DNA of 32,000 nucleotides from Pseudomonas aeruginosa (GTDB lineage Bacteria; Pseudomonadota; Gammaproteobacteria; Pseudomonadales; Pseudomonadaceae), in contig NZ_LN831024.1 of the NCBI RefSeq assembly GCF_001457615.1, positions 1,800,001 through 1,832,000 on the forward strand. Direction: 5' to 3'. Under the pieces are notes generated by a model. The model worked only from the letters and a program-made list of their open reading frames with translations. It was not told the DNA's origin and made no database searches. Made by a program: the position numbers and the translations under genes. Shown here one piece after another: positions 25,620 to 32,000 of this stretch. The number at the start of each line of letters is the position of its first letter. The stretch's first letter is position 1.

Positions 25620-28600
25620 ATGCCTATTTCATCCTCTTCCGCCCGCCGCGCCGAGCCGGCTCCGCGGCCCCTGGCGGAGTTCCATCCCGTCGTCCGCCAG
25701 TGGTTCGAACGCCACTTCGCCGCGCCCACGCCGGCGCAGGTGGAGGCCTGGCCGGCGATCCGCGAGGGGCTTTCGACCCTGGTCGCCGCGCCCACCGGTT
25801 CGGGCAAGACCCTGACCGCCTTCCTCGCCGCCATCGATGCCTTGGTGGTGGAGGGGCTGGCCGCCGGCGGCGAGTTGGCGGATGCCACCCAGGTGGTCTA
25901 TGTCTCGCCGCTGAAAGCGCTGTCCAACGACATCCGCATCAACCTGGAGCAACCGCTGGCTGGCATCCGCGAGGAACTGGCGCGTCTCGGCCTGCCCGAC
26001 GTCGATATCCGTAGCGCGGTGCGCACCGGCGATACGCCGCAGGACGAGCGCGGATCGATGCGCAAGCGCCCGCCGCACATCCTGGTCACCACGCCCGAAT
26101 CGCTGTACATCCTGCTCGGCTCGGAGTCGGGCCGGCAGATGCTTGCCGGGGTGCGCAGCGTGATCGTCGACGAGATCCATGCCCTGGCCGGCAGCAAGCG
26201 CGGCAGCCACCTGGCGCTGTCGCTGGAGCGCCTGCAGGCGCTGTGTCCGCGACCGCTGCTGCGGATCGGGCTGTCCGCCACGCAGAAACCGATCGAGAAG
26301 GTCGCGCGCTTCCTCGTCGGCGCCAGCGGCAATCCGCGCGATCCGGCCTGCCGGATCGTCGACATCGGCTATACGCGCCCCCGCGACCTGGGCATCGAGG
26401 TACCGCCGGTGGCGCTGGAAGCGGTGATGTCCAACGACACCTGGGAGCTGGTCTACGACCGCCTGGCGCACCTGGCCGGCGAGCACCGCACCACCCTGGT
26501 GTTCGTCAACACCCGGCGCATGGCCGAGCGGGTCACCCGCTTCCTCGCCGAACGCCTCGGCAGCCGCCAGGTGGCGGCCCACCACGGCAGCCTGGCCAAG
26601 GAGCTGCGCCTGGATGCCGAGCAGCGCCTCAAGGCCGGGCAATTGAAGGTACTGGTGGCGACCGCCTCGCTGGAGCTGGGCATCGATATCGGCGACGTCG
26701 AGCTGGTCTGCCAGTTGTCGTCGCCGCGCTCCATCGCCGCCTTCCTGCAACGGGTCGGGCGTTCCGGGCACAGCGTCGGCGGCACCCCCAAGGGCCGGTT
26801 GTTCCCGACCTCCCGCGACGACCTGGTGGAATGCGCGGCGCTGCTCGACAGCGTGCGCCGTGGCGAGCTGGACAGCCTGGTGCTGCCACGCCAGCCGCTG
26901 GACGTGCTGGCGCAGCAGATCGTCGCCGAAGTGGCCTGCCAGGAGTGGCGCGAGGACGACCTCTATCGCCTGGTGATCCGCGCCGAGCCCTACGCCGGGC
27001 TGGAGCGCGAGCGTTTCGACGAAGTCCTGCGGATGCTCGCCGAGGGCTACCACTCACGCCTCGGCGTGCGCGGCGCCTATCTCCATCGCGATGCGCTCAA
27101 CGGCCTGCTCCGTGGCCGCCGTGGCGCGCGGCTGACCGCGCTGACCTCGGCGGGACCATTCCCGATACCGGCGACTACAGCGTGCTGCTGGAGCCGCAGG
27201 GCCTGCTGGTGGGAACGGTCAACGAGGACTTCGCGGTGGAGAGCCTGGCCGGCGACGTGTTCCAGCTGGGCAACACCTCGTACCGGATCATCCGCATCGA
27301 GCCGGGACGGGTACGGGTCGAGGACGCCCAGGGCCAGCCGCCGAACATTCCGTTCTGGCTGGGTGAGGCGCCGGGGCGCAGCGACGAGCTGTCGGCCAGC
27401 GTGGCGCGCCTGCGCGACACCCTCGACGAGCTGCTCGGCGAAGGCCAGGCATTGCCGGAAGGGCAGCGGCTGGAGCCAGCCATCGCCTGGCTCGGCGCCA
27501 CCCTCGGGCTGGACGATGGCGCCGCGCGGCAGATCGTCGAGTACCTGGCCCGCGCCCGCCAGGCCCTGGGTGGCCTGCCCGGGAGCCGGCGGCTGGTGAT
27601 GGAACGCTTCTTCGACGAATCCGGCGGCATGCAACTGATCATCCACAGTCCCCACGGCAGCCGCCTCAACCGCGCCTGGGGCCTGGCGCTACGCAAGCGT
27701 TTCTGCCGCAGCTTCAACTTCGAGCTGCAGGCGGCGGCCACCGAGGACGCGATCATCCTCTCGCTGTCCACCAGCCACAGCTTTCCCCTCGACGAGGTCT
27801 GGCGCTACCTGCATTCGGCGAGCGCCGAGCACCTGTTGGTACAGGCCGTGCTCGACGCGCCGCTGTTCGGCGTGCGCTGGCGCTGGAACCTGACCACCTC
27901 GCTCGGTTTGCCGCGCTATGCCGGCGGTCGCAAGGTGCCGCCGCAACTGCTGCGGATGAAGAGCGAGGATCTGCTGGCCAGCGTGTTCCCCGACCAGGTG
28001 GCGTGCCTGGAGAATATCGTCGGCGAGCGCGAGGTGCCCGATCACCCGCTGGTGGCGCAGACCCTTGACGACTGCCTGCACGAGGCGATGGATTGCGAGG
28101 GCTGGCTGGCCCTGCTGCGCGACATGGAGAGCGGCGCGGTGGACTTGCTGGCGCGCGACCTGCCGGCGCCTTCGGCGTTGGCGGCGGAGATACTCACCGC
28201 GCGTCCCTACGCCTATCTCGACGATGCGCCGCTGGAGGAGCGGCGTACCCAGGCGGTACAGAATCGCCGCTGGAGCGATCCCGAGTCCGCCGACGACCTC
28301 GGTGCCCTGGACCTTGAGGCGATCGAGGCGGTGCGTGGCGAGGCCTGGCCGGAAGCGCGCAACGCCGACGAGATGCATGAGGCGCTGAACAGCCTGGGCT
28401 TCCTCACCTCGGGCGAGGCCGAGGCCAATCCGGGCTGGGGGGAATGGCTTGCGCAACTGTCGGAGCAACGCCGCGCCGGACGCCTGGACTGCGCAGGCAG
28501 CACTCTCTGGCTGGCGGCGGAGCGCCTGCCGGCGATGCGCCTGGTGCATCCCGCGGCGAAGGTGCCCGACGCTTTCCAGGCGCCTCGCGGCTATCCGCCG

Positions 28601-29965
28601 CCGGACTCGGCGGAAGCGGCGACCGTGGAGCTGACCCGCGCCCGCCTGGGTGGCTTCGGGCCACGCACGGCCGGGCAGTTGGCGGCCGACCTGGGCATCG
28701 GCCTGGCCGACCAGCAGTACGCCTTGGCCGCCCTGGAGCGCGAAGGCTATGTGCTGCGTGGCCGCTTCAGTCCTGGCGCGACGGAAGAGGAGTGGTGCGA
28801 ACGCCATCTGCTGGCGCGCATCCATCGCTATACGGTGAAGCGCCTGCGCCGGGAAATCGAGCCGGTGGAGCGCGCCGATTTCATGCGTTTCCTGTTCGAC
28901 TGGCAGCGCCTGGCGCCGGGCACCCGTGGCCGGGGAGCGGAGTCCCTGGCTACGGTGGTCGAGCAACTGGAAGGTTTCCAGGCCGCGGCGGCCGCCTGGG
29001 AAAGCGAACTGCTGGCAGCGCGGGTGGCCGACTACGCCAGCCATTGGCTGGACCAGCTGTGCCGTTCCGGACGCATCGTCTGGGCGCGCCTGGCCGGACG
29101 CAGCAAGGCCGCCGGCGGTCCGCTGCGCAGCGCGCCGATCGTGCTCCTGCCGCGCCGCGAGCTGGGGCTCTGGAGCGTCCTGCAGCGCGACGCGCCGGAG
29201 CCGGAACTGTCGCCGCGCGCGGCCAGGGTACTGGAGGTGCTGCGCGAGCAGGGTGCATCGTTCTTCGACGAACTGAGCCAGGATGCCCACCTGCTGCGCA
29301 GCGAGCTGGAGAACGCCCTCGGCGAGCTGGTCTCGGTCGGCCGGGTCAACGCCGACAGCTTCGCCGGGCTGCGCACCCTGCTGATGCCGGCGGACAAGCG
29401 CAGCCGCCAGGAGCGCCGCTCGCGCGGCCTGCCGGGCGGCATGCAGGACGCCGGGCGCTGGGCGCCGCTGCGCCGGGCGAAGGCGGAAGAGGCGGGGCAG
29501 CGTTTGCCGGCGGAGGTTCTCGAACATGTCGCCCGGACCTTGCTGCGGCGCTATGGGGTGGTCGCCTGGCGCCTGCTGGAGCGCGAGGCCGACTGGCTGC
29601 CGCCGTGGCGCGAGTTGCTGCGCGTCTACCATCGCCTGGAAGCGCGCGGCGAGATTCGCGGCGGGCGCTTCATCGCCGGCCTGGCCGGCGAGCAGTTCGC
29701 CTTGGCGGAAGCGGTCGGCCTGTTGCGCGAGGTGCGCAAGCGACCGCCGGATGGGGCGATGCTGGTGGTGTCGGCAGTCGATCCGTTGAACCTGGTGGGC
29801 GGCCTGCTACCCGGCGAACGGGTGCCGGCGGTGACCGGCAACCGCCTGCTCTATCGAGACGGAGCGCCGCTGGCGGCGCTGGTAGCCGGCAAGGTGCGGA
29901 TGCTCGCGGAAGTCGACGGCGAGACCGCGCAGCAGATCCGTGCGCTGCTGATCCGCCGTCACTGA
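25620..29965 (+). pseudogene. Large Lhr-type DEAD/DEAH-box ATP-dependent helicase, split by an apparent frameshift near 27147-27154
   Basis: N-terminal part in frame with 25608-27599: Walker [29 protein letters not shown]-terminal part continues in the frame of 26243-29965 ([48 protein letters not shown]...). Restoring one G (TCGGCGGG to TCGGGCGGG) gives continuous [13 protein letters not shown]. Confidence 0.85.
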
Positions 29966-29972
29966 GGCCCGC

Positions 29973-32000
29973 TCAGCGCAGGCTCAGATGGCGGCTGAGC
30001 AGGGCCCGCAACGCGGCCGGCTTGACCGGCTTGGACAGGTAGTCGAGGCCGGCGGCGTGGATCTCCGCCACCAGTTCCGGCCGCGCGTCGGCGCTGATCA
30101 CCACGCCCGGCACCGGCTCGCCCAGGCGCGTGCGCAGCCAGGCCATCAATTGCGTACCGGTCTCGCCGTCGTCCAGGTGATAGTCGATCAACGCCAGTTG
30201 CGGGCGCATCTCGCTGTCCAGCAGCGTGGCGCATTCCTCGCGGCTGCGCGCGGTCCAGACCTGGCAGCCCCAGCGGCTGAGCAGGCTGTTCATGCCGGCG
30301 AGGATGCTGTCCTCGTTGTCCACGCAGAGCACCTGGGCGCCGTTCAGCGCCTGCGCCGGTTCGGCCTTGTGGCCGTTGGCCAGGGCCGGCGGCGCCTGCC
30401 GCGCCAGCGGTACGCGGACGCTGAAGACGCTGCCCTTGCCCGGCCAGGAACGTACTTCCAGCGGATGGCCGAGGACCTTGCAGAGCCGGTCGGCGATCGC
30501 CAGGCCGAGACCGAGGCCTTTCTCCGCGCGGGTCTGGTGGCTGTCCAGGCGCTTGAACTCTTCGAAGATGACTTTCTGCTTGTCCGGTGGGATGCCCGGC
30601 CCCTGGTCCCAGACCTCCAGGCGCAGGTAGCCGTCCTCGCGGCGCACGCCGAGCAGCACGTGGCCCTTGGCGTAGCGGAAAGCGTTGGTCAGGAAGTTCT
30701 GCAGGATGCGCCGCAGCAGCTTGATGTCGCTGTCCACCCGCAGCTGACTGCCGCGCAGGCGGAAATGCAGGCCCTGTTCCTGGGCCAGCGCCTTGAACTC
30801 GACGCCGAGGGCATCGTAGAGGTTGTTCAGCGGGAACGGGTTGCGTTCGGCGCTGACCCGGCCGCTTTCCAGGCGCGAGATGTCCAGCAGGTCGGTGATC
30901 AGGTCCTCGGCGGAACGCAGCGACGAGTCGAGGTGCTGCACCAGGTCGCGGACCTCGCCGGGCAGCGCGTCCTGGTGGGCGAGGGCGGCGGAGAACAGCC
31001 GCGCGGCGTTCAGCGGCTGCATCAGGTCGTGGCTGACGGCGGCGAGGAAGCGGGTCTTCGACTGGTTGGCGGCCTCGGCGTTGCTCTTCGCCTCGCTGAG
31101 TTCCTGGTTCAACTGCGAAAGTTCCTGGGTACGCTCCTGGACCCGCTGTTCCAGCGACTCGTTGGCGCCCTTGAGGCCCTGTTCGGCCTCGCGGTAGGCG
31201 GTGATATCGGTGAAGCTCATGACGAAGCCGCCGCCGGGCATCGGGTTGCCGATCAGCTCGATGACCCGGCCGTTGGGGAACAGCCGCTCGGAGGTGTGCG
31301 GAGTGCCCTGGCGCATCCAGTACAGGCGCTTGGCCACGTGCATGTCCGGATCGCCGGGCCCGCACAGGCCGCGATCGGCGTTGTAGCGGATGATGTCGGC
31401 GATCGGCCGGCCGACGTAGATCAGCCCGTCCGGGTACTCGAACAGCTCCAGGTAGCGGTGGTTCCAGGCCACCAGGCGCAGCGACTGGTCGACCACGCTG
31501 ATGCCCTGGGTGATGTTCTCGATCGCGCCCTGCAGCAGGGCGCGGTTGAATTGCAGCACCTCGGAGGCTTCGTCGGCGATCCGCACCACGTCCTCCACCT
31601 GCATCTCGCGCCCTTCGATGGCGGCCTTCACCACCGCCCGCGCCGAGGACGCGCCGAGGACCCCGGCGAGCAGGCGCTCGGTGTGCGCGATCCACTCGTT
31701 GTTGGCGGTCTGGTTCGGGGTGAAGCCCTTGCCCTGGCGGTAGGCGAAGCGGATGAAGCTTTGCCGCGCGCGTTCCTCGCCGACGAAACGCGCGGCGAGC
31801 ATCAGCAGGTCTTCCACCTGCACCGCGAGCATGAAGCGCGAGTTCTGCCGCTGGGAGATCTCCTGGCCGATGAAGCGGCTGGCCTGCCAGTGCTCGGACA
31901 CGCGGGTGCGCGAGAGCACCGAGACCAGGCCGAACAGGGCGAAGTTGCCGACCAGCGAGATCAGCACGCCCTGGGTCAGCGGCTCGATCGGCAGGCCGAA
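29973..32000 (-). CDS. Hybrid sensor histidine kinase with C-terminal receiver domain (partial; N-terminus beyond right edge)
   Basis: Frame open to 32000. H-box AVSHDLMQPLNAARLFSAAL, NTFRYAKG-type N-box (NAFRYAKGHVLLG), GLGLGLAIADRL, receiver domain VLCVDNEDSILAGM...LIDYHLDDGETG; PAS-like segment NITQGISVVDQSLRLVAWNHRYLELF. Confidence 0.92.
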   Translation of the reverse strand, partial: FGLPIEPLTQGVLISLVGNFALFGLVSVLSRTRVSEHWQASRFIGQEISQRQNSRFMLAVQVEDLLMLAARFVGEERARQSFIRFAYRQGKGFTPNQTANNEWIAHTERLLAGVLGASSARAVVKAAIEGREMQVEDVVRIADEASEVLQFNRALLQGAIENITQGISVVDQSLRLVAWNHRYLELFEYPDGLIYVGRPIADIIRYNADRGLCGPGDPDMHVAKRLYWMRQGTPHTSERLFPNGRVIELIGNPMPGGGFVMSFTDITAYREAEQGLKGANESLEQRVQERTQELSQLNQELSEAKSNAEAANQSKTRFLAAVSHDLMQPLNAARLFSAALAHQDALPGEVRDLVQHLDSSLRSAEDLITDLLDISRLESGRVSAERNPFPLNNLYDALGVEFKALAQEQGLHFRLRGSQLRVDSDIKLLRRILQNFLTNAFRYAKGHVLLGVRREDGYLRLEVWDQGPGIPPDKQKVIFEEFKRLDSHQTRAEKGLGLGLAIADRLCKVLGHPLEVRSWPGKGSVFSVRVPLARQAPPALANGHKAEPAQALNGAQVLCVDNEDSILAGMNSLLSRWGCQVWTARSREECATLLDSEMRPQLALIDYHLDDGETGTQLMAWLRTRLGEPVPGVVISADARPELVAEIHAAGLDYLSKPVKPAALRALLSRHLSLR

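Noticed and set aside
26243-27140. N-terminal portion of the 1240-aa ORF
   Set aside because: Translation before about 27147 is an Arg/Pro/Gly-rich out-of-frame reading of the helicase core; only the part after the frameshift is homologous coding.
27689-29632. 647-aa ORF antisense to the helicase C-terminal half
   Set aside because: Gln/Arg/Ala-rich translation without domains; the sense frame carries the Lhr C-terminal region.

Overview
High-GC Pseudomonas chromosome. Gene content and order match my recall of the P. aeruginosa PAO1 interval around PA3297-PA3271; this is recognition, not a database comparison. Left to right: (1) 3' part of an HrpA-type helicase gene; (2) phoA (minus) with a PHO box, divergent from a HIT-family gene; (3) an H2-T6SS-associated effector module: vgrG, DUF4123 adaptor, three tandem DUF3304/Tli1-like immunity lipoprotein genes (middle one decayed), and a DUF2235 Tle1-type lipase; (4) small genes (lipoprotein, isochorismatase-like hydrolase, ankyrin protein); (5) a KASIII-like gene + ECF sigma factor + zf-HC2 gene, a terminator, then a four-gene operon (Cys-rich EGxCG precursor, DUF692/MNIO enzyme, DUF2063 partner, DoxX) that looks like a RiPP-type metal-binding 'bufferin' system; (6) tandem paralogous porin genes oprO and oprP; (7) an SDR gene and small conserved genes; (8) a large Lhr-type helicase gene split by an apparent 1-nt deletion; (9) the 3' part of a hybrid sensor kinase gene (minus). 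The strongest system-level signals are the bufferin-like locus with its possible ECF-type promoter and paired dyads upstream, and the tandem immunity array with its decayed middle copy in a low-GC island. I saw no tRNA/rRNA, IS elements, prophage or CRISPR.
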